This document shows, in pieces, positions 25,244 to 63,880 of a DNA stretch of 63,880 nucleotides (positions are counted from its first letter, which is position 1; the number at the start of each line of letters is the position of its first letter). The DNA lies in assembly GCA_002633005.1 (NCBI GenBank), contig NMRA01000022.1, positions 617,835 through 681,714 on the forward strand, given 5' to 3'. A program made the position numbers and the translations under genes. The notes under the pieces are model-generated. The model was given only the letters and a program-made list of their open reading frames with translations, was not told the DNA's origin and did no database searches. The DNA comes from Phoronis australis. Its lineage: Eukaryota; Animalia; Phoronida.

Positions 25244-26951
25244 GGCTCAGTCGACTCGGGCTTAGACTGAGAAGCCCTTGGACTTGGTTCAAGTAAATCC
25301 TTTTGTAGCCCTGTGACTGACACCTAGAAACTGGCTGTGGCATTGGAGACACTGCATTTTTGTGTATCTGTATGTGTAGCCTGCTGTACGTGAACTTGGA
25401 ATCCTGCTTAATCTTGAGTGTTGCGTGAACTTGACAAGTTCACTCAAATAATCACGTTCATGTTCATAAAAAAATGTTAAGCGCTAAATCAAGTTGCATT
25501 TGAATAAACTAATGTCAATTTTAACCAACCTTTTCAACTTCGGGCGATCAGTTTCACCAAACAATAATCAATTTAGCCATTCACTTATTCCTCCGGTTCA
25601 GCGACACAAGTTACGGTAAAGCAGAAAATGGTTGATCGCAAGGCCAATAATTACAAAAATTCTTCTCACCGAACAAAAATTTCTCGATTTTGCCTTAAAG
25701 AATATTCATTTCCAAGTTCACGCATACACCGCCGATCTTGAGATTAAGCAAGATTCCAAGTTCACGCACAGCATAGCCAACATGTAAGTTGTTGTAGGCA
25801 ATTACATCATCCTGAATGCTGCACTGGCATACAGGGGCGATAGTACATCCACAGCAAATAAAATCGAATGAAACATGCACATATCCACATGGAGTTATAT
25901 TTAACACACACTATGTGACATAGCATGACTCTGGATACAATTTAGCCAACACAACTTGAACATATCCATGAAAATCTGTCGCAGTTCGCTCAATTAAGTT
26001 TCTGTCACCGCGTGCCATTTTAAGGAAGTTATGTGAAATCCAAAGGACACAAATCTAGTACAAATTTCACCTGATATATTCCCATGCTTATTTGCAAGTG
26101 TCATGCGCTTCGTTCAGTCTTGCGCTAGCCCGGCTTTGTCTAACTCATGTGACTCAGTTGAAATACTTTGTGGTTATCGCATGCGTGGTGAAAAAGTTAA
26201 CGGCGACCCAAAAAGTGGAATTGGAATTCTTCTCCAAAGTCACCTTAATTCTCCTAGCTATGCTTCATCGAACATATATGTGGAAGCAGAATGGATCACT
26301 GAAGAAAGTAAAGGCTTTTTTAAGTGATAGTTTTAAGTGATAGTTTTAAGTGATAGTTTTAAGTATAGAATGTATTTGTGACGAGGTGAAAACTCAATCG
26401 GTGAGCAGATTTCGCCTACCACCCGTTCAAAATACATTGGACGAAATTAGTACAGAAAGCGATGGGAAGTATTGTAGCCCTTAACCAGCCAACCAAGGGG
26501 CTATGTGTTGCCTAGTACTGGTGTAGCCCCTGGCTGACAAGCTGTGGGCTAAACACTCCCCATCGGCCTCTGTTTATTTTAAAAGGGTGGTACGCCAAAT
26601 CCACTCACAGAATAAGAGGTTCCACCAAATGCATTTTACACTTGAAATTGCCACCTTAAAAAATGCTTACTTTTTCAGCGAGCATTTCTAGTTCTATACA
26701 TGTCTTTGATGAAGCATGTCTACTGGAATAAAAATGGCTTTGTCAAAGAATTCCAACTCCACTGTTTTGTTCACCATTAAGTTTTCATTTTGTATGATAA
26801 TAAATAGCTGACTTTTGAAATAGCGGTGCCATTTTGAAATTCACTAACCCGTCAGATGGCGGTCAGGTCTTTGGTGGACGTTCAGCGCCACCTACAGATT
26901 AATGTGATGCGGACGGGAGGTTTCAACCTACTGGTACCAATGACGTTTTAA

Positions 26952-27911
26952 ACAGTACACACCATGGATTTTTGCACATTTTGAATTACCGGTGGCCACA
27001 GACTAAATGTATGACGTAAAATTTAGCTAAACCCATGTTTATTTTGTGTAATTAGCTCGAAATTTTGTTTTTTCTTTCAATTTTGCCAATTTTCACATTT
27101 GCCGCCATGTGACGTCATGGGTTGAACACAAGAGATCAGTGACTAGCATTGAACAATGGCAGAGAGCAGGGAATTTGAAAGCAACGACGATTATGAGCAA
27201 GAATTGAACAAGTACTATGAAGAAACGTACGGGAATGGTGGCCAGGATGAGGAAATGGAGTTGCACGAAAGCAAGAACAAGTTTAATGTGCTTCCGGCTG
27301 CGTACTTTTCTACTTTGAGCCTAACGAACTGGAGCCTCCTGCGAGAGAAGCAGCCTCGGGCTCAGCCAGTCAACCCAGTCATCACAGACGATCCTGAATT
27401 AAGAGCTGATGTTTCTGAATGATAAATAATCTCCTTTATTGAACCAGGCCTTCATCGTAACGTTTCCTGTGACTGGAGTCTAAACACGAGTCCTCAAAGT
27501 TGGCAGAACACAGAGTGGCCCTGGACCGAATCGCTTGGTCCACGATGACGTCCCACACTCTCGTTCAGCGCACGAAACGATGCCACGTCTGCGCAACTTT
27601 GGTGTCCTTCGGAACACCGAGACGTTCTCCGCCTGGCTGCTGTTGCTGCAGCCTCCGGAAACGTGTCTTTTGATCCCTCTACAAACCTTCTCAACGCTAA
27701 ATGTACTTTGATTTCACTTCACTCTATACACTTTGTCTCTGATCCGAACAGTATGGCGAACGACTTGGGTTCAACCCATGACGTTGTACATAATTATTAT
27801 TTTTTCAGTTTTTGTGTTTTTCATTATGAGCTGTGCACTAAAGGCACTGAAATCAAGTAAGATATAATAATAAAATTTATTTTGAGGTACTAGAGTCATG
27901 TTGTGTACACT
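26952..27911. mobile_element. Kolobok-like non-autonomous element family K2 (TTAA TSD, empty site in adjacent duplicate)
   Basis: TTAA|ACAGTACACACCATG ... CATGTTGTGTACACT|TTAA; the paralogous segment has a single TTAA at 29954-29957; contains a THAP remnant (-) and an acidic ORF (+). Confidence 0.8.
27436..27665 (-). pseudogene. THAP zinc-finger remnant (frameshift and stop)
   Basis: Hand translation: VSGGCSNSSQAENVSVF / KDTKVAQTWHRFVR*TRVW...ATLCSANFEDSCL, matching the THAP pattern GCSN...FP..W..F...LCSxHFEDSCF. Confidence 0.65.
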
Positions 27912-28463
27912 TTAACACCTTTCCTGTTATCATAATGGCAGCAAATTTCCACTGCTGCAGGGCACAGGCACTTGGGTTTATCTGTTCCTCGATCGCAAAT
28001 GACGTCACTCAATAATACATATAAGAAAACATAAAGGTTGGACACTTAAACTTTGCCAAGCCAAGGCTCCCAACTTCAACCGTCCAAAATCCAAATAAAA
28101 TCTGCGTGCACCTCCCTCAGTCTGCTGTTGCATAAACCTTCGAAGCCTTATCTTTCCTAGATCCCATTAACTGTGTTCGTGAGTGGTGAATTGGCTGTGG
28201 AATTTCCAAAACAATCTCAAAACTCTGAATTCAAGGACCTGAAATAGTAAACATGGCGGATTTCAGTTGTGCTTCAACTTGTACGCCTGTCGTAGGTGAA
28301 ACTTCGAGTTTGAGCAAGCAACCTATATTTCAAATTCAATAATTCTAATCCAAAACTCAACTAATTGAGAATGTTAAAGTTAGTATTTTAATGATTATTT
28401 GTAACTTTATTCAACTGACGGCTCATTTTAGCCCTTAACTTAGAATTTTATTACATAAACTGG

Positions 28464-28713
28464 NNNNNNNNNNNNNNNNNNNNNNNNNNNNNNNNNNNNN
28501 NNNNNNNNNNNNNNNNNNNNNNNNNNNNNNNNNNNNNNNNNNNNNNNNNNNNNNNNNNNNNNNNNNNNNNNNNNNNNNNNNNNNNNNNNNNNNNNNNNNN
28601 NNNNNNNNNNNNNNNNNNNNNNNNNNNNNNNNNNNNNNNNNNNNNNNNNNNNNNNNNNNNNNNNNNNNNNNNNNNNNNNNNNNNNNNNNNNNNNNNNNNN
28701 NNNNNNNNNNNNN
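28464..28713. other. Assembly gap (250 N)
   Basis: Run of n. Confidence 0.99.
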
Positions 28714-30069
28714 TTTTGCCTTAAAGAATATTCATTTCCAAGTTCACGCATACACCGCCGATCTTGAGATTAAGCAAGATTCCAAGTTCACGCACAGCAT
28801 AGCCAACATGTAAGTTGTTGTAGGCAATTACATCATCCTGAATGCTGCACTGGCATACAGGGGCGATAGTACATCCACAGCAAATAAAATCGAATGAAAC
28901 ATGCACATATCCACTTGGAGTTATATTTAACACACACTATGTGACATAGCATGACTCTGGATACAATTTAGCCAACACAACTTGAACATATCCATGAAAA
29001 TCTGTCGCAGTTCGCTCAATTAAGTTTCTGTCACCGCGTGCCATTTTAAGGAAGTTATGTGAAATCCAAAGGACACAAATCTAGTACAAATTTCAGCTGA
29101 TATATTCCCATGCTTATTTGCAAGTGTCATGCGCTTCGTTCAGTCTTGCGCTAGCCCGGCTTTGTCTAACTCATGTGACTCAGTTGAAATACTTTGTGGT
29201 TACCGCATGCGTGGTGAAAAAGTTAACGGCGACCCAAAAAGTGGAATTGGAACTCTTCTCCAAAGTCACCTTAATTCTTGTAGCTATGCTTCATCGAAGG
29301 TATATGTGGAAGCAGAAAGGATCACTGAAAAAAGTAAGCGCTTTTTAAGTGATAGTTTTAAGTATAGAATGTATTTTTGACGAGGTGAAAACTCAATCGG
29401 TGAGCGGATTTCGCCTACCACCCGTTCAAAATACATTGGACAAAATTAGTACAGAAAGCAATGGAAAGTATTGTAGCCCTTAACCAGCCAACCAAGGGAT
29501 TACTCCCAGCTAGTACTGGTGTAGCCCCTGGCTGACGAGCTGTGGGCTAAACACTCCCCATGGGCCTCTGTTTATTTTAAACGGGTGGCAGGCCAAATCC
29601 ACTCACAGAATAAGAGGCTCCACCATGTCAAAAATGCATTTTACACTTGAAATTGCCAACTTAAAAAATGCTTACTTTCTTCAGCGATCATTTCTAGTTC
29701 TATACATGTCTTTGATGAAGCATGTCTACAGGAATAAAGATGGCTTTGTCAAAGAATTCCAACTCCACTGTTTTGTTCGCCATTAATTTTTCACTTTGTA
29801 TGATAATAAATAGCTGACTTTTGAAATAGCGGTGCCATTTTGAAATTCACTAACCCGTCAGATGGCGGTCAGGTCTTTGGTGGACGTTCAGCGCCACCTA
29901 CAGATTAATGTGATGCGGACGGGAGGTTTCAACCTACTAGTACCAATGGTGCTTTAACACCTTTCCTGTTATCATAATGGCGGCAAATTTCCACTGCTGT
30001 AGGGTGGGATGTACTAATGCCTTTCCAAAAAAGCAAACCTTTTGAAATATCACTGTAGGAATAAAGACA

Positions 30070-30561
30070 CAGGGCTTGGAATTTTCCGCGGAAACGCGGA
30101 TTTCCGCTTTTTTCAAATGTGCTTTCCGCTTTTTTATAATATTTCCGCGTAAAAAATTGGATTTGATATAAAATTTCCGCGGCAAATTCCTTTCTTACCG
30201 CGGCGTTGCAGACGACGTTCACCTCGAAAAGCGGAAGTTGCTCTTTATGTTTCGGAGGAACGCAAATTGTCAACATTGCCGGGGCATCTGGGACAGCGTG
30301 GTGTGATTTTCAATGGCGTCTCGTGTAATTGTTAAGCGCGGCGACAAATACTACCGCTCTGCAGCCAAAAATGTGTGGGTTGGGAGTGGATGGGCGAGCT
30401 AAAAGGACGCAGACGCATGCTAGTGATGGTGGTAACTTTTTTTTTTTTTTAGTCCTCCCGATTTTTTGTCGGGGAAAGGTTCACATTTCAAGGCTGGTTA
30501 TCGGGCATGATTTGGGCCGTAAAAGTTTCCGCTTTTTTGTCATTGGTCATTCCAAGCCCTG
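30070..30561 (-). mobile_element. hAT-like MITE family A, copy 3 (inverted, TSD not recognisable)
   Basis: Reverse complement of 731-1212, termini CAGGGCTTGGAAT / ATTCCAAGCCCTG. Confidence 0.85.
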
Positions 30562-31630
30562 TCTATACATTTCCCACGGCGAGGAAGAATCAGTGACAAA
30601 GCCAATGGCTGCGGCTGACAAAGTGGGTGAACTTTGACCCTAGCTGATATAAAAAAATAATAAATTAGTGAATTTAAACTCATCGAACATTGGGGGGACT
30701 GGCAGTGGAATTTATTCCTCTGTTTTTAAGCTAATGAAGCACTGTGTAGTAATTGAATTTCTGTCTACCAAATCTGAGTCAGATCAATCGGAAGTCACCT
30801 TTGTTTTCTCATTACAATAGAGAGTGTCAATATGAAAAGTCCCCCATTGAAGTCATGTAAGTTAGGTCATAACAAGCGCGATACTGAGCGGAGCACATGA
30901 TCAGGTGGCAGGCACTTGCTAAAGTAGCATATCTGGAAGAATTTGTGTCCCTTTGTGTTTTTTGTGTTCAAATTATGTTTACTAAATTATCTCCAGAATC
31001 GTGGCATGTGTTAATTGTAACTCACTGCGTACATATGCATGTTTCATTTTATGTTATTTGCTGTATTTTGAAATAAGTAACCTTTATAGGGGTATATACT
31101 GTCGCATGTGTACGCCTGTGGCATCCACTGAACAGGTGTTGTAATTCCCTAACCTGTATGAAGACTAATGTCGAAATACAGCCATAGGAACCACCTTGTG
31201 TTAACATCGCGTAGACCTCAAAATTTCACACCACTCGGGTACTTTTGCTTGTCACCTTGTCCTGAAAATTATATCACCAAGAGCTAATGACTGGTGGCGG
31301 TGCATGTAAAATCAGATAGTCAAGTGACACTCACCTTGCACGTTACAGCCATTTAAGTGAAAAGCAATCTAACAAATGTCATTTTCTTGAATAGTTGTCA
31401 GGCTGCTCTAACAAAGAAAAGTCTGTTGTTGATTCGAAAACAGTACGCTTTCTTCATTTGCTATTTTTTTGCAAAATCTTTCGAGAGATGATGGGAGCTT
31501 TGCTGAAGCAAAATTTGTTCTTAAATTTTGGTATCAAAGTACTAAAAATTTACAACGAAGTGGAACCATTTCTGACAATTTGTTGTGAGGTGTACGCAAC
31601 TTCGTGGAAGAAGAACAGTTGATTATTTAA

Positions 31631-33238
31631 GGTTATCTCAAACCTTATTTAGTGGCCTCCATTGTAACTCGTTTATCAAAAAACTAGGCTTTGTCAACTA
31701 GTAAAAGTTTGTATTTTTTTAAAGGAATTAGATCAGGGAATACAAAAATATGATTTATATTTATGTGCCATTATTATTATTATTATTATTATTGTTATTA
31801 TTATTATTATTACGTTAACACTTTTTTAAGTGAAAATTTCATGTGTAACAAAGGTTCATTCATCGTAAAATAACCTCTTGGTCTATTATAATGAAACTTT
31901 TTTAAATGAAAACTTCACCAGTTACCTCAAAAACGATGTAAGGAATTTTGGAGTAGTCTTTTTGTTTGATTTCTATGACAAATCAAGTCACAAAATGTAA
32001 GGTATTTTTGAAAAATAGAAGTCGTATTTGCCTTTGTTACATTATGTTTAAAAAGTAGACCTTCATATCATTAGTCTTTTCGTTTGATTTCCATGACAGA
32101 TCAACTCGCAAAACGTTAGGTATTTTTGTAAAAAATAGTAGTTGTATTCGTCTTTGTTACATTACACAAGAAGTAGGCCTTTGTATTGAAAATCTTAACA
32201 TTGTTTTTGAGATTGATGGATAAATATCAAGTTTTGTAAGTTTCAGCAAAATCCACCGAGCCGTTTTTGATAATTCGTGTTCTGAAGGTCAAATGAAGTC
32301 AATTTGTCGAAGCTGAGAAAAAGCCGATTATGTGGCGAGACTTGAAAATCTCAAGGACTTCAGTGAAAACTTGTTTTTGGTCAATATAACCCTTAACCGT
32401 TTCATTATTTCAACATTCATGCGCAATGTCAACTGAATTTGCAGTGCGTAATTAACTTAATTGTCACAAAAACATTTAATCAGCCAAGTCAATTTAAAAT
32501 GCCTTGAATCCAACTTGGTCAAGCAGCCACAGCCAACATATCATATTAAGTGGATCAAGCTGGTGCATTGTGGTCCACTTTAAAGTAGGTCAACAATTCA
32601 TTGTGATACACACCACACGCCGGGAGACTGATATGAAACCCAAGTATGAAATGGATTATAGAAATTGAGTCTGTGGTTAAGAGCGCGTTGTGAGCATGAG
32701 ATTGAAACAGCGAAATGTCAAATTATCTATCAAATTAAGGAATTCAGGTGAAGTTTATCTCTTTTCACAACTTGCTGTGTTCATGAACACATAGTCACAG
32801 AGGCCTGAGCGGGTGAATCGTAGCATTCGTTCTCAACGGTTGTATGCATGCAGACACATTACTCCCTCAGGATCAAAATTACATTTTGTCTTCGATTTCC
32901 GCGACATCTTTCTATCCTATGTACATGTCGTTGACTCGGTATTATGGTGACTCTGTGAATGAAAGGACTGAGGGTACATACTTAGCTGCTCTGTGCCTTG
33001 CGGGAGATTCAATTTGAGTGACAGCCCCGTAACCTTTGACCTCGGATAAGAAGTATTATAAAAAAATTTCCATGCGGTTGGGTGGTTCCAAGGTGGTTCT
33101 GCTAAATATTTTTTCTGGTTACGCGGTATATATTTCGTATTTGAAGTTCCCTGAGAATGAAGATATGGTATTTTGCTTTAGGCATATGTGAAATATTGTT
33201 CAAATGGCCAATTTTTGTGAATAAGATTTGAGATATTC
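31631..33238. mobile_element. TTAA-flanked Kolobok-like MITE family K3, copy 2
   Basis: TTAA|GGTTATCTCAAACCTTATT ... AATAAGATTTGAGATATTC|TTAA; internal ~120-bp duplication and (TAT)n tract. Confidence 0.8.
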
Positions 33239-33861
33239 TTAAGAATCTGTGAAAAAAGGCAACTGGTCTGTAGGCAACGCTATACTTCCTGGCTCTGAAA
33301 ACCAATGCATAAGATCACCCCACAACTTTAGCAGCAGAATGACAATTTTCTTGACACTGGTAAATAATTTAGTTTATTCAAGGAAGAGTATCATTTTTTG
33401 TGTAAGGTTTTTTTTGGCCTTTTTTGCCCACACCAGTGCAAAGCTGTATGTTTAAAGAGCTTTGCATCAAGGCTATCTTTTGAGATGTTTTGTCCTTTAT
33501 GATTAAGTCGAAGCACAGAAACTTAATAATAAATATAGTCTATGTATTACTCACCATACTATTATAGTCTGTTGTCAACTTCTATTAGCTGATTTCACTA
33601 GGGGGCTTGCCCATGGAAAGGCCTGTTCAGTAAATATCAATACACCTGAGACTCCCAATTCAGTGAAAGGAAACATTTCTTAAAAGATGAGAGAGTGCAA
33701 AAAGCAATCGTGAAAGGTCAAATTTGAACTCTGATGGGGTGACTTCGAGGCTGTGAGATGGGTGTCTGTGCTCTCCCAGTTCATCCTGATTCAGATTTGT
33801 TATTTCTTGTCTTGTTCTGCTGTATGACTTTTCTGAATCTCTTGCAGTATCGGGTCTTCAG

Positions 33862-59984
<26,123 letters not shown>

Positions 59985-61501
59985 AGAGCGACACCGTGTG
60001 ACACGGCTGTGGTTATGGAGCACAGACAGTTGTGTCCGGATGGGCTTGGTGGAGATCACGGTGTGGACACTAATGGTTGTGAATTGCATTTAGACATGTT
60101 TAAGTGAGCTGCTCAATTAATGAAATATTTTGGAAAAGCGTCCATAGGTACTAGCACTAGACCATAGCCAGTAGCAGGTTAAAGAAGTTTATAGTGTATA
60201 GATGGAAAGGCATTCTTTTACCCAGTGTGTGTTTGTATTCATCCAAACTTCAACCCCTGTTTGGCTGGTTGATAGCTTTAACTTAAGTGGAATTTCACCG
60301 TCAGCCTTTCTAGATAAAGAAAATATTTCATTTACTTCATTTTTTCTGTTTATAATATAAAAAATTGAAAATTTCCATATTCAGTAATCCTCAATATCCA
60401 AACAGTTGTGATGTAAAATGTAAGATTTAAAAAGTTAAAATCAAAAATGATAAGCTTACACCTGTGTCAGTGCAATTTATACAAAATTCATGATTGGGGA
60501 TGTCACTGTCCACGTTGATGGTTGTGCTTGTTTGCTCTTAGTTTGTTTTTGTGGAGCTTGAGACCTTGAATTTGAATGAGGACACAACATCTCGGTTTAA
60601 ATGTTATGCTAAGAACTACTAGTCGTGTTTGCTTGTGTGATATTTTGCAGCCAATGAACGATATGGAAGTTAAAACTCTTGTTAGTAAATTTTGCAGCAG
60701 TTCTGGTTGTTGCTGAGTAATCTGACAACAGTCCTGTAAGTCAGGTTGAGCAACCCACATGAGGCCAGCTTAATGTATTTAAGTCTCAGGTTGTGCACGA
60801 CTCTTACGTCAGTTTATGTAGGGCAATAATTGACACTGTGTTGTGTAACTCATTCAGTTGTTTAATTGAGTCTTGTATAAAATGGGCAAATTGTTACTCA
60901 GCATTTTTGTTAACATTCTTCCAGTGAAAGGTGCTTCGTAAACCTCATCCTCAGTCAGTATACTGTATTCTTCCTAATAATTACTCAGGGCTTTCCTTTG
61001 AACACTCTATTTAGAAGGGCGCTTAGTTGTTATTGAGGTAACGATTGAGAGTTTGGGGAAAACAAGGAAGCGCTCTCATTATCTACTTGTTCAATGGTCT
61101 GTGTGTGCTTGTTTGTGATAGGGCATGCATTGATGAGCTTTTGAATGTTCACAGTTGTTACATTAAAAATCACTAGTATGTTCTAAGGTGCATTATGATA
61201 TTCACCGTATAACTGTATATCATAATATTTAGTGCCAGTAGAAGCCCGTTTTGCTATGTATTATAATTAATTTATGCCAGAATGTTACAGTGGTTTTCAA
61301 GCATATTTAAGAAAACCTTGTTGAAGTCATGTTCAGTAATACTGTTGAAGTTACGCCATATTATTTTAAGGAAGTGTGAAGCAGTAGTGGTTTAAGTGTG
61401 CCAAATCTTCACTGAAAGATTTTGGTTGTTTTTGATGAGGAGACTGGCATGTTGTCAATTTTGTTTGAAAAATACTGTGCTTTAAAATGTCAGCAGAGTG
61501 C

Positions 61502-61581
61502 AGAGAGAGTGGGAGAGAGAGGGAGACAGAGAGAGAGAGAGAGAGAGTGGGAGAGAGAAAAGGGGTTAGAGGGACAGAGAG
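61502..61581. repeat. Imperfect (GA)n microsatellite
   Basis: gagagagtgggagagagagggagacagagagagagaga... Confidence 0.9.
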
Positions 61582-61765
61582 AATTCATGTCTCATGAGGT
61601 ACTCTTTGTTAACTTAATATCTTGTTGACGTACTAGTACTATCGTGATATTAGGTTAAATAAAATAACATGAAATGTACCAGCTTCCTCTTTTTATAGAC
61701 CTTAGTTTAGTTGGGGAGGAGTTGACCAAATTGTGTTGTGTCTACAAGAATGTCATAGTTAGTTT

Positions 61766-61897
61766 AAGGTCACTATTGTTTGTAGTTACATACAGCCATT
61801 GTACAAACAAGGTCACTATTGTTTGTAGTTACATACAGCCATTGTACAAACAAGGTCACTACTGTTTGTAGTTACATACAGCCATTGTACAAACAAG
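61766..61897. repeat. 3 x 43-bp tandem repeat
   Basis: aaggtcactattgtttgtagttacatacagccattgtacaaac at 61766, 61809, 61852. Confidence 0.92.
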
Positions 61898-63236
61898 ACA
61901 AAGGAATGCAGGTGGATTAAATAAGTTTACATAATGCAAGTGATCACTATGTGTTCCCATGTAATAGTCCTGCCACTGCTACAGTACAAATATCAAAAAT
62001 GTCCAAATTCAAGTTTGTAGCTGCAAAGGCAACAGTGCAAAATTAGAAACACTTACTTGGCCCTCTGAAAGACCTACTGCATTTTAAAGACTTTGAGATA
62101 GCACTGTGTGTGACTTTAAAATGAAGGACTATGTTTCTAGTTATGAGGTACTGAGCATTGTTTGTAAAAAGCAACTGGCTACTTTAGTTACCAAGGTTCA
62201 GATTTCTTAAATAACATTTTAAGTAAAATTAGTAGAGCTATAAAACTATATTTTTATAATCCTTATTGATCATGAAATGTTATCATGTGCACAGATTTCA
62301 AAATTATTTTTGATGTTATACGTTCTACTTTAATACGAAGTCAAGATGAATATCTTTTATTCTGCGCTCGAGTCTATTGTGGTTTTATAATGAGTGTCTA
62401 GTCCAAGTGTGCACTTGTATTACACCATTAGGTTTTTCTGTCAAAAAACCTGATCTTTATGGAGATTGTCCTATTTTCTGCAAAACTTTCAAATTCTGAT
62501 TTTATTCTATTAGCTAATAAAGAGTGCCTGGAGTTTTTTGTGTGGACTTTTAACTCAGGAACTTTGTTTGCAAAAATGAAGTGTTCTGTGTTTTAATTGA
62601 ATATTGATGTCTTCATTGTTTACATTGGAGTTCTCAAACTAAAGGTACTTACATGAAAATCCTCCTTTAGAAAATGCAGTCACATTGTTACAAATATCTT
62701 GGCATTAGTGTTGCCCATATAAAATTCTGTGGTCTCCTAGGATTTTCATTTTATGGGTCTACTATTAATACATACAAAGTTATTTAAGAAATTTGATCTG
62801 TAGTAACAAAGGTACCCTAATTCTCGATTTTGGGCAAAAATAATTGCCAAAATTTGTCCATTTCTTATGTTGATTACCAGTGATGAAACATAACCAAATA
62901 TTGTTTTATGATATCTACACAGTACAAACAATCTAAAGATAGACTGGTATTTTTTTAATCTTTTTCTTTGTGGAGAAATTTGGCAGAGTAGAATTTAACT
63001 TGTCCACCATATTGTGAGCTAAATAGATGAGGAATTACTGTAGCCTACTACCTTAGTAAGAATTCTGGACTATCAATTAGTCGAGTGGTTTGAGACTTGA
63101 AAAGACGTTTAGGTTAATAGTCTTAGCACTGTTGTATCCTTGTCAGAATTCTCCTCTCTTGAGTTATTTATACAATGCGGATTTCATTGTCTGTTTTGTT
63201 TTACTATAAGTTGATATCTCTTAACCCTATACTTAA

Positions 63237-63555
63237 AGCTGCATTTTGCCCTATTTAGCCAGCTAAACACAAAAACTGAATGTGTCCTTTCACTTTCACA
63301 AAATCTATCTTGTAATGTCCCTTACTACTTCCGTTACGAACAAGAACATCGACACCATCAGGGACTGTAGAAAACGCTTCAAAATTAATTGGGGTTGGAC
63401 AGCCCTAAAATTGTAAATTTGAGAATGGTGCACGTTTGCGTTGGTAAGCTTTGGAATCCTATCATGGTAAGAAATTGTACCAGTCCGGTTTTATGAGGGT
63501 AAAAGGTCTTATTTAATTTTTATGTTTAGCCATCTATACAGAGAAAAAGGCAGCT
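63237..63555. mobile_element. Small Kolobok-like MITE (AGCT termini, TTAA TSD)
   Basis: TTAA|AGCTGCATTTTGCCC ... AAAAAGGCAGCT|TTAA. Confidence 0.6.
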
Positions 63556-63880
63556 TTAAAGATGTCCCCAAGGCAAAATCATTGGATGTTGGTTTAATGC
63601 AAATGTAAGTTTTTATCATTTAGTACAATCTATTTTGTTTTTATAATGCAGAGATTAAATCTTTGTGCTTTACATTGATGCTGTTTAGTTTTAGACCATT
63701 GCAAGTTATTGTTATAGGACTGGATGTACATATCTATAACGCTTTCTGTTGTATGGTTGTTGAAATCTTTATGGTTAAAAATTTAACTTTTAATATTTAG
63801 TTATGCGTTGATTTTAATCAAGTTTAATTAAACGTTCTCTTACAATTCCACTACGCAAACTATTTTAAGAACTTTCATAG

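Larger units (their letters stand above)
25688..30004 (+). repeat. Near-identical ~1.3-kb direct duplication around an assembly gap (25688-26951 plus 27916-27962 vs 28714-30004)
   Basis: Nearly identical ORF-track peptides (MLNITP..., MQVSCASF...) and co-linear sequence with scattered substitutions. Confidence 0.9.

Noticed and set aside
23662-25265. 100-146 aa ORFs in the intergenic region
   Set aside because: No recognisable motifs or exon structure; expected by chance in GC-richer repeat or promoter DNA.
25695-29380. Apparent paralogous small genes (MLNITP..., MQVSCASF..., MRFVQSC...)
   Set aside because: Produced by the gap-flanking duplication; no recognisable domains.

Overview
Eukaryotic (animal, most likely a marine invertebrate) genomic DNA, AT-rich and intron-rich, with two divergently transcribed multi-exon genes. 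Minus strand: the 5' part (11 coding exons, about 763 codons; PWWP1, HMG-like, PHD1-4, start of PWWP2) of an NSD-family H3K36 methyltransferase most similar to NSD2; the SET-domain exons lie beyond the left edge. Plus strand: a complete 14-exon cytosolic purine 5'-nucleotidase (NT5C2/cN-II, 565 aa). All exon phases were checked by hand and join in frame with GT-AG introns. Introns and the intergenic space hold many non-autonomous DNA transposons (TTAA-targeting Kolobok-like elements, two families carrying THAP remnants convergent with an acidic YxFEP ORF; hAT-like MITEs with 5-, 6- and 8-bp TSDs; Harbinger-type MITEs), LINE 3' ends, minisatellites and a ~1.3-kb duplication around a 250-N gap. 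The most unusual signals are three separate tandem duplications of exon end plus splice donor in NT5C2 (one is a 16x23-bp donor array) and the Kolobok-like elements, one of which has its empty site in the window. No prokaryote-type systems (CRISPR, rRNA, operons) are present.
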